A DNA stretch of 64,000 nt from Haplodiscus bocki (Eukaryota). Shown here piece by piece: positions 38,401-52,395 of this stretch (the first letter of the stretch is position 1; each line of letters opens with the position of its first letter). The DNA lies in assembly GCA_965655095.1 (NCBI GenBank), contig OZ296653.1:66712001-66776000 (forward strand), in the 5' to 3' direction. Both the position numbers and the translations under genes were made by a program. A model generated the notes under the pieces. That model saw only the letters and a program-made list of their open reading frames with translations. It had not been told where the DNA came from and ran no database searches.

Positions 38401-41400
38401 TATTGGCTTCACAAATACCACAAACCATTCATCAACAAAAAATCTCTGCATCATCTGGTTCATCATTATTATGCTTTGTGTAGATAACAGTGGAAAAAAA
38501 CTCATAGAACTCACATTTTGCTTTTTCAACTGTTCCAAATAATTTTTTAGTTAATTTCAATCAGTTTTGAAACTTGGCTCAATCAAATTTAAACGACAAA
38601 CATCACATTGTTTTCCTACTGATACACTCTAAAAAATGGGGATGAACTTCTTCATGATTGTGGTCGGTATCAGGTTTTCAGATTTTGTATTTTACTTTTT
38701 CACCAGCATTTTTAAAATTGCAGTTCCTTCTCTTTTATGGACCGAAAGCACACATCACGCATCTTTGTGTTTGTGGTTAATAGCTACTTTTTCTTTTACT
38801 AGGGGAAATCTTTTTCGACATGACTCACTTTATACCGTAACCAAGAGTATATTTGATTCTAAAGGTCTACTTCATGCTGTTGCAATAAATTGTCTATTCC
38901 AGAAATCACAAAGTTTGATTTTTGATTTGGCTTCAATTACTTCAAAAAATTAGCCAGCGGAAAGTTCAACTGCTGCTGTCAATTACTTTATAGCAATTTT
39001 TTCGATAAACTCGGAAAAACCTCATTCCCCAGCTCTTTACTTCATTTTTTCGAGCTTTAAGAGTGATCGTTCCTGGTAAAAAATAAACCTCTCCAAAACT
39101 TTCATTTATAACGGATTGAATCAGAGCTCCTCCTATAGCAAACGCTTGTGTCAAAGACTGGGAAACGATGGTTTAGATTGAATCCCAAAAACCCTGGCCA
39201 ATGACACTACCAAAACGCTAGCTATGGGAGGCGAAGTTGGAAAGTTAAAAATGTATAAACAGAGGCAAAAAGGCGTAATTCTTCAATTATTTAATATCAG
39301 CTGTGGCCACAATTAGGAAACTATTCCCGCTATTTTAATGTGAGCCTGGTCCACTAAATTTTTTCTTCACCTCATAAACGCTTGTGGGCTTTGTGACAAA
39401 GCATAAACCATTGAATGATTATATATTTTTACTTTCTTTAAAAAATTCATCCGAAATGTCATTAAAGTTAGATGCATCTTCAGCGACGATATAACTTATT
39501 TCTAATCTAAACATGGTTCGTCAAAATCCTTCAACACTATCTTTACAAATTTGCTTGCGGATAGAAACAAAATCCGTTCGAAATGTGAATCGCTTCGAAG
39601 GAGCGATATTGATAACAACAATGGGGCCTCCGAACAGATATACCAAAACAGAAACTAATTCATTGCCCGACCATGAAGGTAGTTCGTTGTTTCAACATAA
39701 CCTACAGGAAAGATCAGATTATTTCAACGACACATTCGTTGGTCTTTTGTCTCAGTTATGCACTTCACCTTTCTTGAAAAAAGAACGATAAAAAAGACTT
39801 TTGATGTAGGAACTCAACGGGTTGTATTGGCTTCACAAATATCACAGACCATTCATCAACAAAAAATCTCTGCCTCATCTGGTTCATCATTATTATGCTT
39901 TGTGTAGATAACAGTGGAAAAAAACTCATAGAACACACATTTTGCTTTTTCACCCGTTCCAAAAAGTTTTTTAGTTAATTTCAATTAGTTTTGAAACTTG
40001 GTTCATTCAAAATTAAACGACAAACATCACATTGTTTTCCTACTGATACACTCTAAAAATTGGGGATGAGCTTCTTCATCAAGGTGGTCGGTATCAGATT
40101 TTCAGATTTTGTATTTTACTATTTCACCAGCATTATTAAAATTGCAGTTCCTTCTCTTTTATGGACTCAATGCACACATCACACATCTTTTTGTTTGTGG
40201 TTAATAGCTACTTTTTCCTTTACTAGGGGAAACTTTTTTCGACTGGACTCACTTTACACCGTAACTAAGTGTATATTTGATTCTAAATGTCTACTTCATG
40301 CTGTTCCAATAAATTGTCTATTGCAGAAATCACAAAATTCGATTTTTGATTTGGCTTCAATTAATTTAAAGAATAGCCAGCAGAAATTTCAACAGCTGCT
40401 GTCAATTACTTTATAGCAATTCTTTCGAAACACTTGGAAAAACCTCATTCTCCAGCTCTTCACTTCATTTTTTTGAGCTTTAAGATTGAGCGTTCCCTGT
40501 AAAAAATAAACCTCTCCAAAACTTTCATTTATAACGGATTGAATCATAGCTCCTCCTAAAGCAAACGCTTGTGTCAAAGACTGAGAGACGTTGGTTTGGA
40601 TCGAAATCCAAAAACGCTGGCCAAAGACACTACCGAAACGCTAGCTTTGGGAGGCGAAATTGGAATGTTAAAATCGTATAAACAGGGGCAAATGCTGTAA
40701 TTCTTCAATTATCTAATATCAGCTGCAGCCATATTTAGAAAACAACTCCCGTTGTTTTTATGTGAGCCTTGTTCACAATTGTTTTCTTCACCTCCCCAAC
40801 GCTTGTGGGCTTTGAGACAAAGCATAAACCATTGAATGATTTTTAATTTTTACTTTCTTTAAAATATTCATCCGAAACGTCATTAAAGTTAGATGCATCT
40901 TTTGTGACGATGTAACTTATTTCTAATCCAAACATGGTTTGTCAAATTCCTTCAACATTATCTTTACAAATTTGCTTGCTGATAGAAACAAAATCCGTTC
41001 AAAAGGTGAATCGCTTCGAAGGAGCGATATTGATAACAACAATGGGGCCAGCGAAAGGTTATCCCAAAACAGAAACTATTTCATGTCCCGATCATGAAGG
41101 TAGTTTTGTTGGTTTAACATAGTCTACAGGGAATATCAGATTAATCTAACGAACATTCATTGGTCTTTTGTCTCTGTTATTCGCTTCACCTTTCCTGAAA
41201 AAAACACTTTTTTATATGAACCTGGCGGGTTGTATTGGTTTCACAAATATCACAGACCATTCATCAACAAAAAATTTCTGCCTCATTTGGTTCATCAATA
41301 TCATGCTTTGTGTAATTAACAATGGAAAAAAATTCATAGAACTCACATTTTGCTTTTTCACATGTTCCAAATAATTTTTTTGGTAATTTCAATTAGTTTT

Positions 41401-44400
41401 GAAACTTGGTTCATTCAAACTTAAACGACAAACAACACATTGTTTTCCTACTGTTAAACTTTAAAAATTGGGGATGAGCTCCTTCATCAATGTGCTCGGT
41501 ATCAGATTTACTGATTTTGTATTTTACTTTTTCACCAGCATTATTAAAATTGCAGTTCCTTCTCTTTTATGGACTCAATGCACACATCACACATCTTTGT
41601 GTTTGTGGTTAATAGCTACTTTTTCCTTTACTAGGGGAAACTGTTTTCGACTGGACTCACTTTACACCGTAACTAAGTGTATATTTGATTCTAAATGTCT
41701 ACTTCATGCTGTTCCAATAAATTGTCTATTGCAGAAATCACAAAATTCGATCTTTGATTTGGCTTCAATTAATTTAAAGAATAGCCAGCAGAAATTTCAA
41801 CAGCTGCTGTCAATTACTTTATAGCAATTCTTTCGAAACACTTGGAAAAACCTCATTCTCCAGCTCTTCACTTCATTTTTTTGAGCTTTAAGATTGAGCG
41901 TTCCCGGTAAAAATTAAACCTCTCCAAAACTTTCATTTATAACGGATTGAATCAGAGCTCCTCCTATAGCAAACGCTTGTGTCAAAGACTGGGAGACGTT
42001 GGTTTGGATTGAATCCAAAAAACGCTGGCCAAAGACACTACCGAAACGCTAGCTATGGGAAGCGAAATTGGAAAGTTAAAATTGTATCAACGGGGGCATA
42101 AAGCTGTGATTTTTCAAGTACCTAACATCAGCTGGGGCCACATTCAGAAAACAACTCCAGCTGCTTTTATGTGAACCTGGTCCACTACTTTTTTTGTTCA
42201 CCTCCACACTGCTTGTGGACATTGTGACAAGGCATAAATCCTCGAATGATTTTTTTATTTACTTTCTTCAACTTAATTTCATCAAAGTACATGAGGGGTA
42301 GGGATATATATTTAATTAATTCAGCGGAGTTTTTTGGGTTGCAAGGTAAAAGTGAATATTTTTCTATTGTCCTATCCTTTTTCAATATACTCAAGGGTGT
42401 TGTGAGGGTAAATGAAAAAAAGACTAAGGGTTGTTAGAAACTATAATTTTTTCAATTTTCTGATGTTAGGTTGTTCATAGAAGTTTTTCATTTCTTTATT
42501 TTTGTTTAATATCCATTGTTTTTCCGAAGGAAACAGCATTCTTTTACGTATCGTCAAAGACTTGTCTGTGCTTCAGCTGTTCATCCTTTATTAGAGTTTG
42601 AAACCTTTGCTAACCAAAGTGATTGGTCAAACTTTACAATGTTATGTGTATTCCCAGCATATAAACATTGCGAGATGCAAAATTGATCTCTATATAACCT
42701 AAGGAGAGTTTTTTCATTGACTGAAGGCGAAATACCTTCTTCGGTGATTTTATACTTTTCTGAGTTCGCTTTCAACTTGAATTAATCTAAAGAACAGCCA
42801 GCAGAAAGTTCAACTGCTGCTGTCAATAACTTTATAGCAATTATTCGAAAAACTTGGAAAAACCTCATTCCCCAGCTCTTCACTTCACTTTTTTGAGCAT
42901 TAAGATTGAGCGTTCCCGGTATAAATTAAACCTCTCCAAAACTTTCATTTATAATGGATTGAATCATAGCTCCTCTTATAGCAAACTCTTGTGTCAAAGA
43001 CTGGGAGACGTTGGTTTGGATTGAATCCCAAAAACGCTGGCCAAGAACACTACCGAAACGCTAGCTATGGGAGGCGAAATTGGAAAATTAAAATTGTATC
43101 AACGGGGGCATAAAGCTGTGATTTTTCAAGTACCTAATATCAGCTGGGGCCACATTCAGAAAACAACTCCAGCTACTTTTATGTGAGCCTGGTCCACTAC
43201 TTTTTTTCTTCACCTCCACAATGCTTGTGGACATTGTGACAAGGCATAAATCCTCGAATGATTTTTTTTTTACTTTCTTCAACTTAATTTCATCAAAGTA
43301 CATGAGGGGTAGGGATATACATTTAGTTAATTCAGCAGAGTTTTTTGGGTTGCAAGGTAAAAGTGAATATTTTTCTATTGTCCTACCCTTTTTCACTATG
43401 CTCAAGGGTGTTGTGAGGGTAAATGAAAAAAAGACTTAGGGTTGTTAGAGACTATAATTTTTTCAATTTTCTGATGTTAGGCTGTTCATAGAAGTTTTTC
43501 ATTTCTTTATTTTTGTTTAATATCCATTGTTTTCCCGAAGGAAGCAGCATTCTTTTATGTATCGTCAAAGACTTGTCTGTGCTTCAGCTGTTCATCCTTT
43601 ATTAGAGTTTGAAACCTTTGCTAACCAAAGTGATTGGTCAAACTTTACAACGTTATGTGTATTCCCAGCATTCAATCATTGCGAGCTGCAAAAATTATCT
43701 CTCTATAACCTAAGGAGAGTTTTTTCATTGACTGAAGGCGAAATACCTTCTTCGGTGATTTTATACTTTTCTGAGTTCGCTTTCAACTTGAATTAATCTA
43801 AAGAACAGCCAGCAGAAAGTTCAACTGCTGCTGTCAATAACTTTATAGCAATTATTCGAAAAACTTGGAAAAACCTCATTCCCCAGCTCTTCACTTCACT
43901 TTTTTGAGCATTAAGATTGAGCGTTCCCGGTATAAATTAAACCTCTCCAAAACTTTCATTTATAATGGATTGAATCATAGCTCCTCTTATAGCAAACTCT
44001 TGTGTCAAAGACTGGGAGACGTTGGTTTGGATTGAATCCCAAAAACGCTGGCCAAGAACACTACCGAAACGCTAGCTATGGGAGGCGAAATTGGAAAATT
44101 AAAATTGTATCAACGGGGGCATAAAGCTGTGATTTTTCAAGTACCTAATATCAGCTGGGGCCACATTCAGAAAACAACTCCAGCTACTTTTATGTGAGCC
44201 TGGTCCACTACTTTTTTTCTTCACCTCCACAATGCTTGTGGACATTGTGACAAGGCATAAATCCTCGAATGATTTTTTTTTACTTTCTTCAACTTAATTT
44301 CATCAAAGTACATGAGGGGTAGGGATATACATTTAGTTAATTCAGCAGAGTTTTTTGGGTTGCAAGGTAAAAGTGAATATTTTTCTATTGTCCTACCCTT

Positions 44401-45185
44401 TTTCACTATGCTCAAGGGTGTTGTGAGGGTAAATGAAAAAAAGACTTAGGGTTGTTAGAGACTATAATTTTTTCAATTTTCTGATGTTAGGCTGTTCATA
44501 GAAGTTTTTCATTTCTTTATTTTTGTTTAATATCCATTGTTTTCCCGAAGGAAGCAGCATTCTTTTATGTATCGTCAAAGACTTGTCTGTGCTTCAGCTG
44601 TTCATCCTTTATTAGAGTTTGAAACCTTTGCTAACCAAAGTGATTGGTCAAACTTTACAACGTTATGTGTATTCCCAGCATTCAATCATTGCGAGCTGCA
44701 AAAATTATCTCTCTATAACCTAAGGAGAGTTTTTTCATTGTTTGAAGGCAAAATAACTTCTTCGGTGATTTTATACTTTTCTGAGTTCGCTTTCAACTTG
44801 AATTCAATATATTGATCAAGACTAAAAACGTTTTTCCTGGGACAAAAAAGGAAGTGTTTCCTCTTTATTTTTACTGAGAGTGGATCTTCTAAATCACATG
44901 CAAATAAAAAAACTTTGCAAGACTTACATTTTGCATTGGTGAACGTTTTTGAGAACACATATCCCTACATTTCATCCTAATCCATACAAGTTTCCATCTG
45001 ATCAAACACTCGCTTTGGTAATTTCTGTGACAAAGGTCATCCATACCTGTTATTGGCACCCATGTACAGAATTTTTTTCATATTGCTTTGTGTCACCCTA
45101 CGAATGTCTTTCATAGATAGTACTCCTGTTCTCAAATATATTTTCAATGCTAACCTATAAGCGTCATCCAACTTAATATCAAAAT
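32500..45185 (-). repeat. Higher-order tandem array of inverted pPolB fragments: L-L-L-S-L-L-L-S-S-S' (L ~1.42 kb, S ~1.01 kb)
   Basis: Marker GAGCCTGGTCCAC at 32650, 34071, 35495, 36918, 37929, 39342, 40764, 42173, 43185 and 44196. Spacings are 1421, 1424, 1423, 1011, 1413, 1422, 1409, 1012 and 1011. Confidence 0.95.
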
Positions 45186-45719
45186 TTCATCTCATTTTGA
45201 AAAAGTTTACTGAAAGGTCGCATTGGGAGTTTTGCTTATGAAAATGAAATATTTGATCATCTTATTTTTTTAAATCTCATTTTTTACAAAAATCTCTGGC
45301 GCAACATTTTCATAGTTGTTAGCCATAATATTGGAGCATATAGCTTCATTCTTATTGGTTATATGTTCAATAGTTCTAAAGTTAGAAGTTTTTGAATTAG
45401 CTCATTTATTCTTAATACAAAAATCACAATGGCATACTTTTTTTTGCTTATGTGTTCCTTAGAGCTTAAATGGATTGGTTGATTCTTAAGCTATTCGTTT
45501 ATGGCAGGTAGGCAAAAATAACCCCTAGCTGCTGTAAGGTTGCTAATGGTTTTTCTATGGTTCCATTCATTACAACGTTTACCTTTCAACCCACAAACAA
45601 AACAGGCGAAATACTCCATTTATATTTGGCGTTTTTTAAAAAACATTTTTCAGTTTTCTGTACGTCATCAGATTTTCTCTCAAATTCTGTCGCAGTTCTG
45701 TTTTAGTTTCGCATTCTTC

Positions 45720-45990
45720 TTTTTAATCAAGTTTCAGATGGAATTTCAGATTATCTTTCATAATCATGTTCAGATTCGTATTTCAGAAGCCTATTCATAC
45801 CTACTCTCGTGTTTCAGATTCATTCCTATATTTCCGCTTGATAATCATGTTTCATATTTTTTCCAGCTTCATGTTCTGATTCACATATCAGATTCAGACT
45901 CATATTCATATTCATCTTCATATTTCAGTTTCATCTTCATGTTTTAGATTCAGACTCTGTTTCAGGTTTCATCTTTCTTTTCATCTCACA
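45720..45990. repeat. Low-complexity TTCAK-rich hexamer tract (acidic, E/D/S-rich if read on the minus strand)
   Basis: Repeated ttcaga/ttcata/ttcatc words. Confidence 0.7.
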
Positions 45991-47235
45991 ATCCGTATCA
46001 CTGCTCAAATCACTGCACGACCAACCTGGTAATATAATCTTTTCACCTCTATAATCTCAGCTTTACTATCTGCGCCCGCATGCACTTCTGCCTTCTACTG
46101 CTTCGTTTCGGGTTTTAACTACTTCTGTATCCCAAGTTGAACGAGCATGGAAATTCTGTAAAATTTTATATGTTATCAAACACATTTTGAATGCTTTTGG
46201 ATGATTCATAATAATCTTTCCTGGCTTAAATTTTGTATGCTCATGTGATATCATCCGAGTTTTTGAAACAAATTTATAAAACTAGGCGGAGTGTTGTAGG
46301 TTGCTTCAAAACTTTGACAGAAGAAAAACAAGTAAAGTTTGACTGAAACCTACCCTACATTTATAACCGCGCATTACAACAGAAATGATACAGATTAAGC
46401 TTTCAACTACTAATCAGTCAGCAAATTATAGCTTTACGGTCAAAGCGTCAAAGAAACAACAAATATTGTTAACTTTGAAGTAGTAATGATTGAGTCAACA
46501 CAGGTGCGAGAAATTTAACGGTCTGTATCTGTTACCATGAAAACTTGAGAAAACGTTGGCTGCAGCAGTAAAAACCTTCAAAAAACGTGTTTGCCAATTC
46601 TCTGAATTGTTTATGTCTTTTAAATTAATTGCCTGCGCTCATTAATGCACAGTACAAAATTTTCATGTAAGTTGAATTCGACATGATAATGATTTCGCCG
46701 GGGTCACCATAGCTTTTGAGAATTCTTCCTACCATTATCAAAATGGGAACTTTGATTGTCGGTTGTTTTGTCACAGATAGATACCAATGAATATCGCTTT
46801 CAAAAATTGTCGGGCGTTCATGTTACCAAAAGCAATCGATGGCGAAAATCCATCTTTCACACCACGTAACGACAGTTTCTGATTACTTTACGGCGTAAAA
46901 ACTAAGGATGTTTTCGGTTTCAGCACTGTTATTAGATCTCCCAAAAAATGTTACCTGTTTTCAAGGTTAGAAAAGGCTGTTATTAGTCAACAAGACCTGA
47001 AGACAATTCCAAAAGTTTCCAGTCTCACTCGTCAATCATGAGGACTTGAGACCCTTAGTTGAAACATGAAAGTGAAAATTGTATAGACAACTTAGATATC
47101 GTGAACCTATAATCCACAGGACATCAAGTAACAGAATAATAAATGATTGAGAAACAAACATGGGTAAACATTTTGTGTGAAAAACGATTTTTCAACTCGA
47201 AGCGTTGTTTCAACTCATAACGAAACGTGCAACTC

Positions 47236-47262
47236 GGCCGCTTCGCGGCCTTGATTTACTAG
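47236..47262 (+). mobile_element. Helitron-type 3' end
   Basis: Perfect hairpin GGCCGC-TTC-GCGGCC (47236-47250), 8 nt, then CTAG followed by T. Confidence 0.65.
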
Positions 47263-47299
47263 TGTTCCTTTTCCGAAATCGCCTTTAGTTCAAAAACCT

Positions 47300-48480
47300 T
47301 CACTTGAAAATTCTCTTAAGACAGCGCATCTTGCAAAATTCTGATTGCAAGCTGCGGTTGACGAAAAAAATTCTTTTGGGAGGGTTGGGCTTATCTTGAG
47401 GAAACTACTACTGTAACTCTCAGATTGGATTGTTGGAAAAACTGGTTGTGACATTGGACAAAAAGTATAAATCTTTTTGTAAAATCTGGTCAACCTGCAA
47501 TCAGTATTTCATATTTCTGATTATTTTTTTGGTACCATTGCGTCACCGTAGTAGAATTTGGCAAAATTGTTGGACACTAGGAGATATTTCATCAACTTGA
47601 AGTGAGTGATAATTGTCTGAGCTGCAGTAGGGAAAAAACTCAGTCGAAAAGAAATTTGATGATCCATTGATTTTACAGCGATGATTTCGATTCAAACAAT
47701 TATTATCCTTAATGGTGTCAAAGCATCTATGTATCGTCAATGATATACCGATCAACCAATGATGTCTGGGTTGCAATCGTTCTCCGTCATGTTTAGCTCG
47801 TGATTGAAGCCATTTATAACTTTGCTAATAAACTGTTGGACAGAAGAAGCTGAGATTCGAAGCTTCGTACATTTCAATTTTCCGGAGTGTAATTGGAAAA
47901 CTAATGTTTCAAATCAGAAGATCAGGGAACTCTATTAGTTTGTCACATTATTATCTGGCAAAACGCACTGATGATTGTCTTCTTCCTTCTCGCGCGGAGG
48001 TCTTGGAGGCATTATGTCACAAACCCTCAGTGAGAGTATTGGACGATCAATAAGATTTAAATTTCAACTGGCCATCATCGATGCATTTTCCTCAATGTCA
48101 TCAGTGGCCCGTAAGCCACAAGCTTCACTAACATTCCTTGTTGTGTTCTTTGATGTAAAGTTCTCAGCCATTACTGAGTTAAAGGGTTTTTTATCCCGTT
48201 GAAAGCTTTAAGTAACTTGTTCTCAAAAGCGCTTAAAATCTTCTTGAGGCTGTTCCCAATAGCGTCTTTCATCACATGCGAAGGCACTTGAAAATCATTG
48301 CGAGTTTCATTTGCCTCAGCTAAACTAACAGAAACTGCTCCGTCAATAATTCCTCTGGTTTCATTCTTTTGGAAGCCAAACAACTGATATTGACTGGTTT
48401 CTTCGTCAGTTCACTTTAGGTCCTCATCTTTTTCGTTCTCAACATTTCTCTCGCTTTCAGACTTGTTTTTTTCCAATTTT
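47300..48480 (-). mobile_element. Decayed LINE 5' part (ORF1-like region plus APE endonuclease)
   Basis: NVRS (47862-47873), NPDIIG*S (47755-47772), NCLNRNHR and YYGDA occur in APE order, preceded by a charged, coiled-coil-like ORF. Confidence 0.45.
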
Positions 48481-49199
48481 TGAAGTCAATATAAAAAGCA
48501 AGAATTTTGTTGAACTATGATGCAAAAATTGTTAATCAAACAAAAATGCAATTGCGGGACAGACTTAAATAAAACTAGGAAATTCATGAGAAAATGAGAT
48601 CTGGAACTGTCTGTCGAAAATCGAGTAATTTACAAAAAAAAACAAATGATTTGGAAGAAGCCAGTCTCTCCTGATTGGTCAGCCAGAATTGGGGAAAAAT
48701 TCGAAAAAAGCACCTATCATGAAGCTAATTCTAACATGACAACAACTTACTAGAAGCATGGCGTCAGGTTTTTAGTAACATGACGTCAAGGATGATATGC
48801 CATTGTTTTGGTGGTCATAATATGTCAACAGAACAGCATCTGAATAAAGAATCATGAAGTATTCTCTAACCCAGATTGCATGGAGTAAAAACAATTGAAA
48901 GACTAATCATATTTCTTTATTAGACTGTTTCTGAGTGTATATCCGACTGAGCAACCTGGGTCCCGAAGAGACGTTTCTTTCTAGTGCCAAGATCTTCCTA
49001 TGTCAATTTTCCAAAAAACCGTAAGAGCTACTTAATAACTTTCACTTTCAGAATAAGAAAAATGGTTACTGATTGGTACTGATGGAATTTTTCAAATGAT
49101 TGAACTCGCAAAATTTTTAGAAATATATTTATGAAAAACTGAGTCTGATTGATCGAGTGATTATGTTTCGGATGTTTCAACGTTGACATCAACTGAGGG

Positions 49200-50300
49200 A
49201 GCTGCAATATGGTCCCAATACAAGTCAACCCTGCGAAAACTACCTGATAACATTTTGTACCTTGTCCTAAGACCCCAAGGGTCGGAAGAAGTTAGTAGGA
49301 AAAAATCAAAACTTTCAGTAAATTTTAAAAAATCCGATTTTGAATAAAACAAATAAGTTGAACCAAAAATGGAAAATGTTGTCAAGCTGATGCTAGAAAA
49401 GAGAGAGCTGCTCATAGAAGACAATCTCTTATAAAATTTGGTTAGCTGGCAGCTGGTGTTCCATGTTAGGCGTTACTGTATCAGTTCCATTGTTTTTGTG
49501 GAATAAAGTGTCAGGGTCTGAGAGCACTGTCTGAGGTGACCTATTAAATGTAGCATCTCCTTTGGGAGAACGATCATTCTTGGCACAGTCCTAGTTGTGA
49601 TCCTGGTTTTCCCCGCTAAAGTTCCGGGACGTTGCGGGAGCTGTTCTGCATTGAACCCGAACTAGTCAGCTCTCAACAAACTGGTATAGTTTCGAGAGTG
49701 CACCGAGCATCCGACTCAAAATTTTGCTGGTTTCCTGTGATAATTTTCCGGTTGCTTGGCCCTCAATTTCCTCGAAAACTGTGAAAATACTCTTCAAAAG
49801 TTCCGGAAGCAGTTGTGTCTCTCGACAAGTTGTTCCTAGGATATTCCTCTTGACTTTTAATCCTGAGTGAAGCCAACTTCCCCCTATTCCTCAGTGTTCC
49901 TTTAGCAGAAGAGATTTCAACAGTTTCCAAGATTGAATCAACTTATTAACTTCGTAATAGGAGATGAAAACTTACGAGGAAACTTTTAGTGACAGTTTGA
50001 TAACATCAGTGCAAAGATAATAAACTTTAGTTGTCCCAATTCCTCCTGTATATGGCTTTTCGTTGGCAAAATCGGGAAAAAAATTTTCACTCGTCAAGTC
50101 AAGGTACCAAAAAGAGAAAAGTACTGGTGAATACTATTTATGAAAGCTAAATTGCCGACTCAAGCGGGTAATGACTCAGTCTTTTCTCTCCCTGAAAAAG
50201 TTGCGTCTTTCTCCATCTTTTGGCAGCATGTGGACGAAACTAATCACCCGGAAATTGACATCAAAGTTTTGTTTCTTAGGCCGACATACTATTTACTTAT
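49200..50300 (-). mobile_element. Possible decayed gypsy gag/protease remnant
   Basis: Higher-GC coding-like stretch with only weak gag and zinc-knuckle resemblance. Confidence 0.25.
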
Positions 50301-51929
50301 AAATATCCACTAGCTGAAGTTTTCCCTCCTTTGGGAAAATGAAAATAAACTTTGAATTTCAAATCTGCAATTGAAAACGATAGTATATATTTCATGTCAA
50401 AAGTACAGTAAATCAGCTGAGAAACAGTTAAAAATGAGCCCAATTAAGATCGCTCCCAGTTCATTTACCATTTGTACTAGTCCGTTCCCTAACGGTCCCC
50501 TATTCTAATGGTAGCACTACTAGTACCGGTGAATAAGATTAAATGAGCTAGGCAGTGGACTGAAACTTGTATTCGTTCCGGCTTGAGTTTTCTTAGCTCA
50601 GTTATCTAGCAGAAGAGTGAAGGAGGGAATGGAATAGGGACGTCACCAGATTAGTAATGGCGGAACACGCACGGAACAAATAATCACGCCAAGAGTCTTT
50701 AACGTTTCTATGCAGCTGTACTTCTTCGCTTATCAATTGAAAGCTACTATTTTCTCCGTTTGCATCGTATTATCAAAACTGCAAGTCATTTAATTTAGAA
50801 CTTTAAAAGTGGATTTATGATTTAAAAAATAAATATAATATTGCATGTGTAGCACCTTTAAGTTGTCATAGAATTTTGAGTAGATACTTAATTGTTTCGT
50901 AACGGTTCCGTCCTAGACTGGATGAGTTTAAGAGAAAATGATAGGTATAAGTACGGATCCTTACAGATAAACAAAAACAAAAAATGCATGTATCGTTTGT
51001 TAGACAGTTTATCAATTTTTCTGGTATCTGGGGAATGTTGTTTTGCTTGAGATAACCTGCCCGTAGGTTTTGCAGATGTGCTGCGAGTGTCATCACACTT
51101 TAGAATTTTTTGAGAAATTCAAGAATAGAACTTTTTGTCCCATGTTTCTCAACTATTATATGGTTTATTTTCCTGGCATCTGAGGGAGTGACGCCTTTAA
51201 TCTTCCAAGTCCCCAGAGTTGGAGAAAGGTAATTTTACAACGTTGTCATGGTTCTCTTGTGTGATTATCAGAAACCATGTCCTTATTTAACAACAGTTTC
51301 AGTGTAACATGTATGTTATGATTTCGCGTTGTTTTTTGAAGATTTCTTGCTGATGATCTAGCTCGTCACATTTGGAACAGGGATACGTTTTACATTCTTC
51401 ATGCTCACGGTTAACTTTCGATGTTTTCCATTTTTTGTCACGTGCTCTTTTCTCTGCATTTCGGGGTGGTCGGCTCATGACAAAGCGATGTAGAGAATCA
51501 GCAGAGAAGTAATTAGAAAGGTTGAATTTTGTTTCATTTTGAACATCAGGAAATTGCTGCGAATCTCCTTTCAATATGTTTGAAATTTATTTATTTGTGA
51601 TACTGGCAATTCATTCCATATTATTGAATTTATCTAATTATTTGATGAAGTTTTTGACGCCGCCAATTATTGATATTTTGAAAGTTTTTCTGACAGCGTC
51701 AATAAGTAGACTTAATGTGCAACAAGAATATGTGATATATTATGACTTTCGATAACCGGCCTTAAAAATTAGTAAATTTTGCAATCAGTGGTTTCGTAGG
51801 AAACATTATAAAATAAAGAACAGCTTCTTTTTCTCCAAAAAATTAATCATATGCTACTGTGGTGGCACAAAAGAACTACATAATAACCCGAAACATGAAG
51901 CACAAGGTGTGAACTTCTGAAAATGTACT

Positions 51930-52395
51930 ACCGCCCGGGCTTAGTACCCATTGATGAACACAGGGCATTCTTAGTAAGACTGGGATGGGGTATAGGGATG
52001 TCGTAGTACGGGCCGAAGTATATCCCTGTGTCCCGAAACGACTTATTGAGGTGCATCTCTGGTGTTCACTAAGTTATCCCTGAGCCCAGCCCTGGAACCG
52101 TAGTAAGTTAATTATCTAAAAATTTACTAGTTTATGCTTTTCGTCGAAAATCAAGCATAATCAACCCCTGAATTTGAAATTTGGGGTAAATAATATCTCA
52201 ATTGGAAAAATAGTAGGTAAGATATTTTAAAGTAATTAAAGTATCAGAAACGCTTTCTTTTTGATCTATTGAGCTTTTTTCGGTTTGATTTGTCTGATGA
52301 TTGACTTTTGTTAAATTACTTTATCTCATCCTTTTGGATAATATCATTTTTGTCGTCATTTTAACCGACCCGGAAAGCTCGGCTCGGAAACGGTT
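51930..52395 (-). repeat. Right arm of the diverged inverted repeat (partner 17450-17915)
   Basis: Colinear reverse-complement blocks shared with the left arm. Confidence 0.7.

Noticed and set aside
33366-44815. Repeated plus-strand ORFs in the array (MGMSFF..., MVRQIP..., MFSRRK...) as a gene family
   Set aside because: Stops vary between copies, and the recognisable pPolB motifs are on the opposite strand.
45540-45947. 135-aa hydrophobic ORF as a membrane protein
   Set aside because: It is a by-product of the low-complexity TTCA-rich tract.
51260-51310. HVLI-NNSFS as a second SGNH copy
   Set aside because: It needs a frameshift and no other SGNH blocks are present.
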